Assembly: GCA_963743285.1 (NCBI GenBank)
Contig: CAVUPF010000006.1
Coordinates: 6,076-70,075 of the forward strand
Reading direction: 5' to 3'
From: an uncultured Solirubrobacterales bacterium
GTDB taxonomy: Bacteria > Actinomycetota > Thermoleophilia > Solirubrobacterales > 70-9
DNA length: 64,000 nucleotides
In this document: piece by piece, positions 17,510 through 27,169 of the stretch
Layout of the letters: the number at the start of each line of letters is the position of its first letter
Position numbering within the stretch: the first letter of the stretch is position 1
Notes under the pieces: generated by a model
Seen by the model: only the letters and a program-made list of their open reading frames with translations
Databases searched by the model: none
Told to the model about the DNA's origin: nothing
Made by a program: the position numbers and the translations under genes

Positions 17510-17777
17510 GTTGAACTCCTTTGTCCGAGGGACGACGCTCGGGACTCGAGGCCGCCAGATGGCCACTTGGAGTGGATACTGAGCGAGGGCCGGAAAGGTT
17601 CATCGAGCCGATCGGCTGAGCTCAAGGAAGGCGCCATAAATCATCCAGGTGCGATGATGATCGAGACGACGGCGAGCCCGATCACGGCAAGGGGATCCGG
17701 TGTGAGGACGGGCGGCTCTCGCTCGCTCAAAGAAAGCAGGCGCTATGGCAGAAGACCATCAGCGCAGCCCCGCTGCT

Positions 17778-18566
17778 TCATGCCTCCGCGCCCGCCGATG
17801 TCTCGGGCGCCGCTGCCATCAGCAGCCGGTAGGTGAAGACCTTCTCGAAGCCCATTGCCGTGTACAAACTCTCACCCATCGGTGAGGCCTGCAGCGAAGC
17901 GATCTCTGCCCCGAGATCGAACCCGGCGTTGACCGCGGCCGCCGTGACCGTCCAGCCCAAGCCCCGACCCCGCGCCTCCTCCACGCTTCCGACCCAGTAA
18001 ATGCCGGCGACCCCATGGCTGATGATGGTCATCGCGACGCTGACCGGCTTCCCGTCCTGATAGGCGAGGAAAGCGACGACGTTGTCGGCAATCAGCCCGG
18101 CGTGGTTCGTGTAGGAGCCGAAAGTCTCCTCAGGAAAGCCAAGGCTGGAGTAGGCGAGGTCCGCGACCTCCCAGTACTCGCTCGCCTCGGCGGCTGAAGT
18201 TACCCTGCGCAACTCGACGCCTTCACCGAGCGGGCGCTCCTGCGCTCGCTGCCCGATGATCATCTCGGGCATCTCATAGACGGATTGCAGGCCGCCAGCC
18301 TCAGCCGCCGCGATCAGATCGCGATCCTCACCGATGCCGGCTCGGGCCCAGACGCTGAAGCCGCGCCTCCGCTCGCTGAAGAAGGCTCGCGCCCGCGCTA
18401 AGAACTGATTTGGGTCGACCTCGTCGTCGGTCCGAAACGCCGCGTTGGAGATCACCGGATGAGAAGGCGTGGCGGCGCCCAGTATCCAGCCGTTGCCGAC
18501 CTCGACCACCGCGCCGGGGTCGAGCTCGAAGAGCTGCTGTGAGCTCCGAGCCAGGTTGAGGTGGAC
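17778..18566 (-). CDS. GNAT family N-acetyltransferase (start uncertain)
   Basis: The acetyl-CoA motif region is VGSVEEARGRGLGWTVTAAAV. The ORF is open to 18752, and GTG at 18566 is a plausible start. Confidence 0.75.
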   Translation of the reverse strand, partial: VHLNLARSSQQLFELDPGAVVEVGNGWILGAATPSHPVISNAAFRTDDEVDPNQFLARARAFFSERRRGFSVWARAGIGEDRDLIAAAEAGGLQSVYEMPEMIIGQRAQERPLGEGVELRRVTSAAEASEYWEVADLAYSSLGFPEETFGSYTNHAGLIADNVVAFLAYQDGKPVSVAMTIISHGVAGIYWVGSVEEARGRGLGWTVTAAAVNAGFDLGAEIASLQASPMGESLYTAMGFEKVFTYRLLMAAAPETSAGAEA

Positions 18567-18767
18567 CTTCCTGGTGTGGATCAGCGTTTCACCACCAGAT
18601 GCGCCTTTACCCCGCCGCCCAGCGGGCGGCGGGGATAGGTACACCACTTGCTGAGCCCTACCGCTCAATGGGTACTTTCTCGTCCGTCGACTGTCAGGAT
18701 CAACCACGTCGGAATCGTCCCAAGCTGATCCGACCCCAAGCGGATCGCGCACTCCCTCAGCCCCCCG

Positions 18768-19262
18768 CTACCCAGCATCTTCGCGGCCGAGCACCGCATC
18801 GCGGATGGTCGCGGTGTCGACGTACACTCGCGCTCGACGCAACGCACCATCCTCAAACTCATAGATCCAGACGTTGTCTGCCTCGACCACCTTGCCACCG
18901 TGCGTCTTGGCTTTGACATGCACTGGGACGACGAGCTTGTCACCGCCGTCGATCAGGTCCGTCGGCGTCGAGGAGAACTCGGCCCACATCTCCCAGAGGT
19001 CCTCTGCGAACCATTGCGCGATGCGCTCCCGACCGTGAAACACACCCCCGCCATAGGGCAGGCTGTTTGGCACAATGAGCTCTGCGTCGACACGCACGCC
19101 ATCGCCCAGCTCGGGAGGCTTGCCCTTGCCCCAGCCGGCGAAGGCGCGCATCAGGATCTCAGCGTTGCTGGCCAACGCCCCCAAGCCTACGTCACGAGTC
19201 TGCACGACGGAAGTCTCTGGAGTCCCTTCACCGCTGCTCAGCGGACTAGCGATTAAGGGCAT
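18768..19262 (-). CDS. NTF2/SnoaL-like domain protein
   Basis: NVWIYEFEDGALRRARVYVD is typical of SnoaL-like folds. Its 3' ~180 bp is duplicated at 54448-54629. Confidence 0.8.
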   Translation of the reverse strand: MPLIASPLSSGEGTPETSVVQTRDVGLGALASNAEILMRAFAGWGKGKPPELGDGVRVDAELIVPNSLPYGGGVFHGRERIAQWFAEDLWEMWAEFSSTPTDLIDGGDKLVVPVHVKAKTHGGKVVEADNVWIYEFEDGALRRARVYVDTATIRDAVLGREDAG

Positions 19263-19392
19263 CGCGCTTGTCGGCGCCGCTCATCGTTGGTTCCCCGGCT
19301 GCGACCGAGTCGCCGACGGCCGCAAGGTCGCACTCTGCGTGGGCGTGGGTGGCCGCATGGCAACCCGACCGACAAGCGGTCGGCACACACAC

Positions 19393-20742
19393 TCAAGCCC
19401 GCCGGGGCTTGAGCTTCACCTTCTTGGTCGCTGGGGTCGGGTCGACACCTGCGGAGTTCAAGGCGCGGACCTCGAACCTGTACTTGCCAGGCTGCAAGTG
19501 CTTGTAGGTCTTGGGTGACTTGCAGGCCGAAAAGGCAGCCTTGGGCTTCTTGTGGTGTCTGCCCCGCGGCCTGATCAGCTCGCATTCAAAGCCACTGGCA
19601 TTCCCGACGGCCTGAAAGCTGAAGCTCACCTTTCTCTGGCTGCGATCGATCTTCGTCTTCGTGATCGTCGTATTGGGCGGCAGGGGAGGCGCGCAGGGGG
19701 GCGCGACGGGCACGAACTCATATGCGCCGACGTCCGTCACCGCCGGTTCAGGCGCTCCGCAGGTCAGTCGAGCTGGGAGTGCCCGCAGATTGCCGTCGAG
19801 GTCAGTTGAGCCATCTTCGGGACCATTGATCCCTGCGTCGATTGTGGGTGAGCCTTCGGCCTCATGGAAGTCACCAGCAGCCGCGTTCACGAACAGCGGG
19901 GCGCCAGTTTGATTGGTGGCAGACCCCGCGGGGGTGACGCTGGTCGTGCTTCCACCGCCTTCGTTGCTGATCTGGACGTTGGCGTAGTTTGAGTGGTCTG
20001 CGTTGACGATCGCCATCGATTTAGGATTCGAGTCGGTGCTCGCGGAAATGTCGGCACCAACGCCTCGGGCGATCGTGTTGGTCAGGTTGAGGGTCATCGT
20101 GCTGCCATCGATCGCGTTGGCGGCAACCGCCATGCCACCGCTTCCCGAGGCGATCAGCGTGTCATTTCGAAGCGTGGCGCTCCCGCTCAGAAGGACCAGC
20201 AGCGTCGCTGCGGTTCCACTCGGCCCGCTCGACCAGCAGACGCTGTCGGTGACCGTTCCCGATGGGTAACAGGCGACCGCATTGGCGGCGGAGACGTGTG
20301 AGATGACGTGGTCGATGGTCGCTTTGTACAAACCGCTCACATAGATCCCGTTCGTACCGGCCGTGTCCTCAAGGTCCAGATCGCTGACGCTGCTGTTCGC
20401 GCCCAGCAGCTCAATGCCGTAGCCAGCCTGCGTGATGATCACCGGCCGCGGCTGGCCTGCCTCGCCATGGATCGTGAGCGTATTGCCGCCGTCGTCAAGC
20501 GTCGTCGTCAATGGCGTCGGCGAGCCGTAGGTGCCTGGCTCGATCGTGATGTCGTCATTGTTCATGGCGTCGTTTACGGCCGTGACGATTTCGCACGGCT
20601 GCGCTTGAGTACACGCCGTTCCCGACCCGGTCGGGCTGGCGAACCGCGCCGCCGCACTGGCGCTTGACGCGGCGATCAGCAAGCTGAGTCCCGCGAGTCC
20701 GACTACTCGCCCTACGCATCGCCTCATTGCCATGATGGGCAC
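19393..20742 (-). CDS. secreted right-handed beta-helix protein with Ig-like C-terminal module and basic tail
   Basis: Signal peptide present. The central region is rich in Gly, Asn, Thr, Ser and Ala and looks beta-helix-like. C-terminal module is VSFSFQAVGNASGFECEL..GKYRFEVRALNSAGVDPTPA, followed by KKVKLKPRRA. Confidence 0.75.
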   Translation of the reverse strand: MPIMAMRRCVGRVVGLAGLSLLIAASSASAAARFASPTGSGTACTQAQPCEIVTAVNDAMNNDDITIEPGTYGSPTPLTTTLDDGGNTLTIHGEAGQPRPVIITQAGYGIELLGANSSVSDLDLEDTAGTNGIYVSGLYKATIDHVISHVSAANAVACYPSGTVTDSVCWSSGPSGTAATLLVLLSGSATLRNDTLIASGSGGMAVAANAIDGSTMTLNLTNTIARGVGADISASTDSNPKSMAIVNADHSNYANVQISNEGGGSTTSVTPAGSATNQTGAPLFVNAAAGDFHEAEGSPTIDAGINGPEDGSTDLDGNLRALPARLTCGAPEPAVTDVGAYEFVPVAPPCAPPLPPNTTITKTKIDRSQRKVSFSFQAVGNASGFECELIRPRGRHHKKPKAAFSACKSPKTYKHLQPGKYRFEVRALNSAGVDPTPATKKVKLKPRRA

Positions 20743-21015
20743 CTTACTCGCGCCATTACAGACGGCGGAGCGCGAGCTGGGGCGCCGCGTATGACTCTGG
20801 GCCGGCGCAGGTAGTCAGGACCGGGCCGCCGAGCACTTCGCCCGCCTCGCTGGCACCGTCCCCGTCTGGTCGGCGACCAGCGGATCTCCGGCAAGGGCAC
20901 GATGCTCGGAGTGGGGGAGGGACTCCTCTGGGCTGGAAGGTGTGGGCGGTGTCCGGAAGCCTCATTCGTGGACTTTCGCCTTCGTCCTGGGATCGGGTGA
21001 GGAGCGGGTCGAGTA

Positions 21016-21411
21016 TCACGTCGATGCCGTCCAGCACATCGCCGCGATAACCACGAAGAGCAACGGCACCGGAAAACGCAGAAGGCTGCTGGGGCGGCGG
21101 CGAGCTTCCCAGAGGGCCGGCACCGTAGCCGCAAGCCAAAACGCAGCCAGCCAGCGCAGCAGCAGGATCTTTGGATTGGCATGCGGAGCGAAGGCCAGAG
21201 TCATGAAGAGGACGCCGAAGGCCAAGAGCACGACGCTGACCACGTGCCAGGTAAAGCGCACCATGCCCAACGTCATCGCCGGCGGGCCGAACGGCGTGCT
21301 CGGCAGGGCTCCCTTCGTGAGATTGGGAAGCACCCAGCGCGCACCGATCGTCGTGTGACCGACTGCGAGTAGGAAGCAGCCAAGGCCGGCGATCACCAAC
21401 TCAGCGTTCAT
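21016..21411 (-). CDS. integral membrane protein (4 TM)
   Basis: Start at MNAELVIAGLGCFLLAV. Four hydrophobic segments. Divergent from the TetR gene. Confidence 0.7.
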   Translation of the reverse strand: MNAELVIAGLGCFLLAVGHTTIGARWVLPNLTKGALPSTPFGPPAMTLGMVRFTWHVVSVVLLAFGVLFMTLAFAPHANPKILLLRWLAAFWLAATVPALWEARRRPSSLLRFPVPLLFVVIAAMCWTAST

Positions 21412-21473
21412 CCGTCTCGCGTCTTCTTTCGCATTCCGCCGCCAAGAAGTAGCATACATACGCGCATGTAAGT

Positions 21474-22127
21474 ATGTCGACTTCGATCAACAGCCCGACG
21501 GTGCCGGCGAGCCGCCGTCGCCCAACCCAGGCTGAGCGGAGCGCCCGCACCCGCGGCGCCTTGCTCGAGTCCGCCGCTCGGGGCCTCTCCCGCTGCGGCT
21601 ACGCCAACCTGGTGCTTGAGCAGGTGGCGCGCGAGGCCGGCTATACGCGCGGCGCCATTTATCACCAGTTCAAGGACAAGGAGGACCTGGCGTTGGCGGT
21701 GCTCCAATGGGTTGACGAGACCTGGTGGCGCGAGGTGGGTGGGAGGGCCGAGCACCAACCCGATGCAGCGACGGCTCTGATCGCCCTGGCGCGCGGTCAC
21801 GCCGTCTACTGTCGGCGAGACGTGGCCCGCGTGATGATGGCGCTGAGAATCGAGTTCAGCGGCCAGGACCATCCGCTCGGGCGCGAGATCAAGCGGATCT
21901 CGGAGATCCTGGTCAAGCGCTGCGCCCAGCTGATCGACGCGGGGCGAATGGACGGGTCGATCCCGCCCGGCCCGCCGGCCGCGGAGGTCGCGCTGGCCTT
22001 CGTCGGAGCGATCGAGGGCGCCGTGATCGCGCTCGCCGGGCATGCGCCGCACGACGAGCTGCTGGCCGCCCGCGCGGCTGCCGGCGCACTCGGGCTGGAT
22101 GGTCTGCGAACACTTCCGCCCGGCTGA
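21474..22127 (+). CDS. TetR family transcriptional regulator
   Basis: The HTH region is RTRGALLESAARGLSRCGYANLVLEQVAREAGYTRGAIYHQFKDKEDL. Confidence 0.9.
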   Translation: MSTSINSPTVPASRRRPTQAERSARTRGALLESAARGLSRCGYANLVLEQVAREAGYTRGAIYHQFKDKEDLALAVLQWVDETWWREVGGRAEHQPDAATALIALARGHAVYCRRDVARVMMALRIEFSGQDHPLGREIKRISEILVKRCAQLIDAGRMDGSIPPGPPAAEVALAFVGAIEGAVIALAGHAPHDELLAARAAAGALGLDGLRTLPPG

Positions 22128-22132
22128 TCGGG

Positions 22133-22555
22133 ATGCACAAAGACTCTTCACCCGTAGAACTGGTCGAGGAGCTCCATCGGCGCCAGGGTGAGATGTACGC
22201 GGGCGGTTCGCTCGACCCGGCCATCGAGTTACTTGCGGAGGACATCATCTGGCACGTACCGGGCAAGAGCCCGATCGCCGGGGACCATCGCGGTGTGGCC
22301 CGGGTGATCGACTACTTCGAGAAGCGCCGCCGGCTCGCAAACGCGACGATGCGCATCCGCCTCGGCGAGGTGATCTCCGAAGGCGATGCGGTCGCGCAGT
22401 TTGTCGAGGGAAGCGCCGTGCTGAATGGTGAGGCGGTGACCTGGCAGACGATCGGCATCTATCGCGTCGACGTCGGGCATGGTTGGATCTGTGAGGTCTG
22501 GCTGGTGCCGCTCCAAGGCGAGCTGTTCGACCGGATCTGGTCCGCCGTCACATGA
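22133..22555 (+). CDS. NTF2/SnoaL-like (ketosteroid isomerase-like) protein
   Basis: Starts 6 nt after the TetR stop. Contains DIIWHVPGKSPIAGDHRG and TWQTIGIYRVDVGHGWICEVW. Confidence 0.8.
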   Translation: MHKDSSPVELVEELHRRQGEMYAGGSLDPAIELLAEDIIWHVPGKSPIAGDHRGVARVIDYFEKRRRLANATMRIRLGEVISEGDAVAQFVEGSAVLNGEAVTWQTIGIYRVDVGHGWICEVWLVPLQGELFDRIWSAVT

Positions 22556-22630
22556 CCAGCGATCTGGCGCCGCAAGGCGACAGCGACGCTGAGATTTACA
22601 CCTCCAACGCTGCGCCAAGCAGCCCCCAGA

Positions 22631-22992
22631 TCAGCTCGAAGTGCGGTCCAGTCCATAGTCGGCTGCTCGCTCGAGCTGCTCCGCGATGTCCTCGCCCGTC
22701 ACTGCTTCGGCATGGCCGGTCCACACGCTGGTTGCCCGTAGCGGGATCAGCCGGCGGATCGACTCGCGCGCCGTTTCCGTATCCCAGTTGCTGAAGGGGT
22801 GCGGGACGCGGGGATGGCGGATAGCGACTCCAGGGCCTCGAGCGCGATCTTCCCTTGGTCGTCGAACGGTGTGACGAGCGGAACCAGGGTGCCGATCGGG
22901 CGGAAGTCGCCTGTGATCGAGGCCGCTGATGCTACCCACCCGCAACGCGGCACTTCACCGGGGGGGAGGAGCCACTTTGAATCGACTGGCAA
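22631..22992 (-). pseudogene. MBL-fold hydrolase C-terminal remnant, frameshifted
   Basis: Two overlapping frames, GDFRPIGTLVPLVTPFDDQGKIALEALESL and PFSNWDTETARESIRRLIPLRATSVWTGHAEAV, join into one C-terminal MBL-like segment. The N-terminal two thirds are absent. Confidence 0.45.
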
Positions 22993-23145
22993 GACCTGAT
23001 CTCTTCGTCATATGCGGCGCAGCTCAAGGTTGCGGTTCCGCCACCACGAACCGATGCATCGCCGAGGGCCGTGCCCGGCTGGGCCAGCTGGCGACCGGAT
23101 GAGATTCGCGAGGCACCCTGGCCGATTCGCCGCCGATGACCGCGC

Positions 23146-24672
23146 TCAGGCCGGAGTCAGGCTCGCCCATAGATGTTGCACTGCATAGGCTCGCCACGGT
23201 CTCCAGCGCTGCGCCAAGGCAGCTACGGCACGCGGCTCCACCGGCTGTCCCATCGACCACAGGGCGCGTCGTATCCCGAGGTCGGTCGGAAGAAAGGCAT
23301 CGGGATCGCCGAGGCAACGCATGCCGATGTAGTCGGCGGTCCAGGCTCCGATCCCAGGAACAGCAAGCAGACTGGAGCGGACCTCGCCCCGGTCGCTGCT
23401 CGGCTGTGGGACGATCTCTCCAGCTGCCAGCAGGCGAGCCAACAGCCGCAGGGTTTCGCGACGTCGACGCGGGCCTGGCAACAGCTCCGAATCTACCTCG
23501 GCGATGGTCTCCGCACTTGGAAACAGATGCGTCAGCCCCCCGTCCGGTGCGGGCAGTGGTTTGCCTAGCGAAAGCGTGATCTTCCCGAGTGTCGTTTGCG
23601 CCGCGGCGACAGAGACCTGCTGGCCAAGAACGGCGCGCAGTGCCAACTCATCGCCGTCGACTGCGCCCGGCACTCGTCGGCCAGGCGCCCTCCGCACGAG
23701 CGTCCCCAGCAGCGGATCGGTGGCGAGTTCCTCGTCGATTGCGATTGGATCGGAATCGAGATCGAGGAGTCGTCGGCAGCGCTGGACGGCGGAGCCAAGG
23801 TCACGCAAGTCGCTTAGGTGCAGCCTGCACTCGATATAGCGATCGCCCTGTCGAAGCTCGGCGACACCCCAGCCGTGCGGGAGACGCAGCGTGCGTCTGT
23901 AGGCGCCGCCCACTACCTCCTCGACGCCAGGGATTGCGCGGGCCGCCAGAAATGACATAAGGCCCGCCCAATCCAAGGGATCGCGGTAGGCGAGGCGCAC
24001 CACGAGAGCGTCTGGCGCGACGAGCGTGTCCTTCTCGGTTGAGGCTTTCTTGCGGAGCTCGCTGGGCGTCCTCCCGTAGGTGGCGCGGATCGTCTCGTTG
24101 AACTGTCGAACGCTGGAGAAGCCCGCCGCGTAGGAGACCTCCACGAAGGGGAGGCGGCTGGTCTCGATCAGCATCCGCGCGCTCTGCGCCCGCTGGGCCC
24201 GAGCCAAGGCCAGTGGCCCGGCGCCGAACTCGGCGAGGAGTTGGCGGTGCAGATGGCGCTCGCTGTAGGCGAGCCGACGGGCTAAACCCCCTATGCCCTC
24301 GCGATCTACGACGCCGTCGGAGATCAGCGCCATCGCGCGACCAGCGAGATCGGCACGTCGGTTCCAATCGGGCGAGCCGGGGGAGGCGTAGGGATGGCAA
24401 CGCAGGCAGGCCCGAAAGCCGGCCTCCTGGGCGGCCGCGGCAGTTGGATAGAAGCGGACGTTTTGGCGCTTGGGGACTACCGCCGGGCAGCTCGGTCGGC
24501 AATACACGCCGGTCGAGGTGACCGCGACGAAGAACTGCCCGTCGAAGCGGCGGTCCCGGCTGCCCAGAACCTTGTAGCGCGCCTCGAAGTCCTTGTCCAC
24601 GTTCCGCAGTATGAGCGCCGGTCCGCGCCAGGCTCGCGGTTTTCGGACAGAGACAACTGATGGGCCCTCCAC
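23146..24672 (-). CDS. alkA: Ada regulatory domain / AraC HTH / AlkA DNA-3-methyladenine glycosylase fusion
   Basis: Ada Zn-finger (FFVAVTSTGVYCRPSCP..FRACLRCHP), an AraC-type HTH, and a HhH-GPD glycosylase C-terminus (LLAVPGIGAWTADYIGMR). Confidence 0.9.
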   Translation of the reverse strand: MEGPSVVSVRKPRAWRGPALILRNVDKDFEARYKVLGSRDRRFDGQFFVAVTSTGVYCRPSCPAVVPKRQNVRFYPTAAAAQEAGFRACLRCHPYASPGSPDWNRRADLAGRAMALISDGVVDREGIGGLARRLAYSERHLHRQLLAEFGAGPLALARAQRAQSARMLIETSRLPFVEVSYAAGFSSVRQFNETIRATYGRTPSELRKKASTEKDTLVAPDALVVRLAYRDPLDWAGLMSFLAARAIPGVEEVVGGAYRRTLRLPHGWGVAELRQGDRYIECRLHLSDLRDLGSAVQRCRRLLDLDSDPIAIDEELATDPLLGTLVRRAPGRRVPGAVDGDELALRAVLGQQVSVAAAQTTLGKITLSLGKPLPAPDGGLTHLFPSAETIAEVDSELLPGPRRRRETLRLLARLLAAGEIVPQPSSDRGEVRSSLLAVPGIGAWTADYIGMRCLGDPDAFLPTDLGIRRALWSMGQPVEPRAVAALAQRWRPWRAYAVQHLWASLTPA

Positions 24673-25658
24673 GTCTGATTTCCGCCAGACACACGCAGGG
24701 TCGCGTGCCAGGGTCCGCTTGCTTCGACACGGAATCAGAGGAGGAGGATCCGATCAGCGCGACGCAAGACATCCAGATCGCCCACGGCTACGCAGACCTC
24801 AACGGGGTTCGGCTTCACTACGCCCACACCGGCGCCGGCCCGCTCGTGATCTTCCTCCACGGCTTCCCCCAGTGCTGGTACATGTGGCGCCACCAGCTCG
24901 CCGATCTCGGGCGAGATCACCTTGCAGTTGCCCCGGACCTGCGTGGCTACAACCTCTCCTCAAAGCCCGAGGCGCTTCGCGACTACGGCCCCTGGCCCGC
25001 GGCGCAGGACATCCGGGCTCTGGTGGCAGAGCTTGGGCATCAGCGCTTCGTGCTCGTCGGCCACGACTGGGGTGCTGCCACTGCGTGGTCCTTTGCCCTG
25101 CACTACCCCGATCTGCTCGACGCCCTCGTCATCCTCGCCACTCCGCACCCAGCCACTTTCGATCGCGCTCTACACGAGGACGCCGAGCAGCAGCAGGCGA
25201 GCCAGTATCTGCTTTCCCTGCGTCGAGCCGATGCGGGATCGGTAGGTGAGCCCGATGCAAGCGCAGCGCTACGCACCACGCTCGATTTGCCGTTCCTCAC
25301 TGAGGAGGATCTCGACGTCTACGCAGAGAGCTGGCACCAGCCTGGCGCCCTGGCTGGCATGTTGCGCTGGTACCGCCGCGAGGGGTTGGGGCCGCCCAAT
25401 GAGGGGACTCCGGCACGCGGCAATTACGCGCCCGAGGTCACGCCGCTGACGGTGCGGGTGCCGACGCTGGTGATTTACCCCGACGCCGACGTCTACACGC
25501 GCCCGGCGGCCCATGAGGGGCTGGAGCGCTACGTGCCCGATCTCAAGTTCTCGGTGGTAGAGGGGGCGTCTCACTGGATCGCCGAGGAGTACCCGGAGCT
25601 GGTCAGTCGACAGATTCGGGAGTTCGCGCTGGCCCATACACGCATCACTGGTTCCTGA
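24660..25658 (+). CDS. alpha/beta hydrolase (epoxide hydrolase-like)
   Basis: LNGVRLHYAHTGAGPLVIFLHGFPQCWYMWRHQL and GHDWGA. The true start is uncertain. A GGAGGAGGA Shine-Dalgarno sequence at 24738 is followed only by non-canonical codons (ATC at 24751). Confidence 0.8.
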   Translation: MGPPRLISARHTQGRVPGSACFDTESEEEDPISATQDIQIAHGYADLNGVRLHYAHTGAGPLVIFLHGFPQCWYMWRHQLADLGRDHLAVAPDLRGYNLSSKPEALRDYGPWPAAQDIRALVAELGHQRFVLVGHDWGAATAWSFALHYPDLLDALVILATPHPATFDRALHEDAEQQQASQYLLSLRRADAGSVGEPDASAALRTTLDLPFLTEEDLDVYAESWHQPGALAGMLRWYRREGLGPPNEGTPARGNYAPEVTPLTVRVPTLVIYPDADVYTRPAAHEGLERYVPDLKFSVVEGASHWIAEEYPELVSRQIREFALAHTRITGS

Positions 25659-25856
25659 ACCCGCTGGCGTTGTCGATCCTGATCGGTCAGTTGCTGGGGC
25701 GAGGCCCACAACCAGACAGCGGTCGCCTACTACCCTGGCCTCGGGACGGGGCTTCAACTACGCTTTCACGAGCCACAGGGGCCATTTGACTATCTGGGGC
25801 GACCCGGTCAGGCTTACAGCGCGACGGTCGATATCGACCCCGTGGAGAGGTAGCGC

Positions 25857-26075
25857 ATGAACTACGTCATTCTGGACAGCACCGCCAACCTCCTCGACTC
25901 CTTTGACAGCGGGGCCGAGGCGCGTAAGGCCCTGGAAGAGATCGTTCGCCTTGACCCCGACTCCGCCGGCGAGCGCGCGCTGCTCACCTATGGCGAGAAC
26001 GGTAAGCCGGTCGGCGATGCGGTTCTGGGGTCCGGGCTAGCCGTCACGCCTCGCTCCGGGCGCGCATCTGCATGA
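25857..26075 (+). CDS. small hypothetical protein (72 aa)
   Basis: GGAGAGG Shine-Dalgarno sequence and high GC3. Confidence 0.6.
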   Translation: MNYVILDSTANLLDSFDSGAEARKALEEIVRLDPDSAGERALLTYGENGKPVGDAVLGSGLAVTPRSGRASA

Positions 26076-26163
26076 CGTCCATGCTCTACCCGACAAGACG
26101 CCGGCGACCCGAGGCGCCTCTCATCCTCGATGTCGCGGGCATCGGCGCCCTGGGGACTCTCTG

Positions 26164-26559
26164 ATGGCCGCGCCCGAGCCGGCCATCACGCCGGGAATCG
26201 AGCGCAGCGACGAGTTCACGGTCGAGGGGCGACTCGTCACCGACGTCGGCGGCACAATTGGCGCCAGCGTCCTTTCGACCCCGGGGATGATCGCGATGAT
26301 GGAGGGCAGCGCGGCGGCGCTCACCCACGAGCACCTGCCGCCCGGACGAGCAACGGTCGGCTTCGAAGTCTGCGTCAAGCATGTGTCGGCGGCGGCTCAG
26401 GGCGCAACCTGCCGGGTCCGCGCGTCTCTGCGCGAGGTCATCGACGGGCGCAAGCTCCGTTTTGACGTCGAGGTCACCGAAGGGGAGCGGACGATCGGAG
26501 TCGGCACTCACGAGCGTCGCGTCATCCAGGTCGAGCAGCCGGGCTCCTCGGCGGCCTGA
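26164..26559 (+). CDS. hotdog-fold thioesterase (FlK-like)
   Basis: VLSTPGMIAMMEGSAAAL and ATVGFEVCVKHVSAAAQGATCRV resemble the fluoroacetyl-CoA thioesterase-type family. Confidence 0.75.
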   Translation: MAAPEPAITPGIERSDEFTVEGRLVTDVGGTIGASVLSTPGMIAMMEGSAAALTHEHLPPGRATVGFEVCVKHVSAAAQGATCRVRASLREVIDGRKLRFDVEVTEGERTIGVGTHERRVIQVEQPGSSAA

Positions 26560-26815
26560 CCTGCGCCGCTGCGGACTGTCATCGTGACGGTCGTGGGCGT
26601 GAGGTCACGGGGTCGATCCCTTCCGACGACCCTGGCCTCGAGCGGCTGATCGAGTTGGTCGAGGAGCGTGGATCCCATCCCTTGACGACCCCAGCCCTTC
26701 GGATGCGCGAGTGGCGTCGCACGCGACTCCGGGCAGCGAGCGTGACCATGCGGGCAAGCTGGTTGGCGGTTTTGAGGCCCAGGTCAAGGCCACTCGCATT
26801 CCATACCCAACGTGC

Positions 26816-27157
26816 TTAGGTGAGGTTCCAGCCGAAGTAGACCTCTACCTTGCAGATCATCTCGCCGTCGAATGTGAGGACCTCGGTGTTGCGGAATCGG
26901 TTTCCGTCGGTCTTCACGCTCTCGTAGGTGACCACGACCTCGTCGCCGGCCTGCATCAGGCGCGTGAGCTCGATGGTCTTGATCAGTTCGGAGTTTGGCC
27001 AGCAGCGCTCGAAATACCGCGCGCGGTCGATCCCCACGTCGACAGGGCTATAGAACGTGAAGTCCTCGCTCAGCAGATCCTCGATGACGTGACGATCGCC
27101 GGCCTCGTAAGCTTCGTAGGCGTCGCGGGCGAGCTGCAAGCGGTCACGGACAGGCAC
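26816..27157 (-). CDS. NTF2 family (SnoaL-like) protein
   Basis: AYEAYEAGDRHVIEDLLSEDFTFYSP and RNTEVLTFDGEMICKVEVYFG. Confidence 0.8.
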   Translation of the reverse strand: MPVRDRLQLARDAYEAYEAGDRHVIEDLLSEDFTFYSPVDVGIDRARYFERCWPNSELIKTIELTRLMQAGDEVVVTYESVKTDGNRFRNTEVLTFDGEMICKVEVYFGWNLT

Positions 27158-27169
27158 GTTTTCGCCTCC

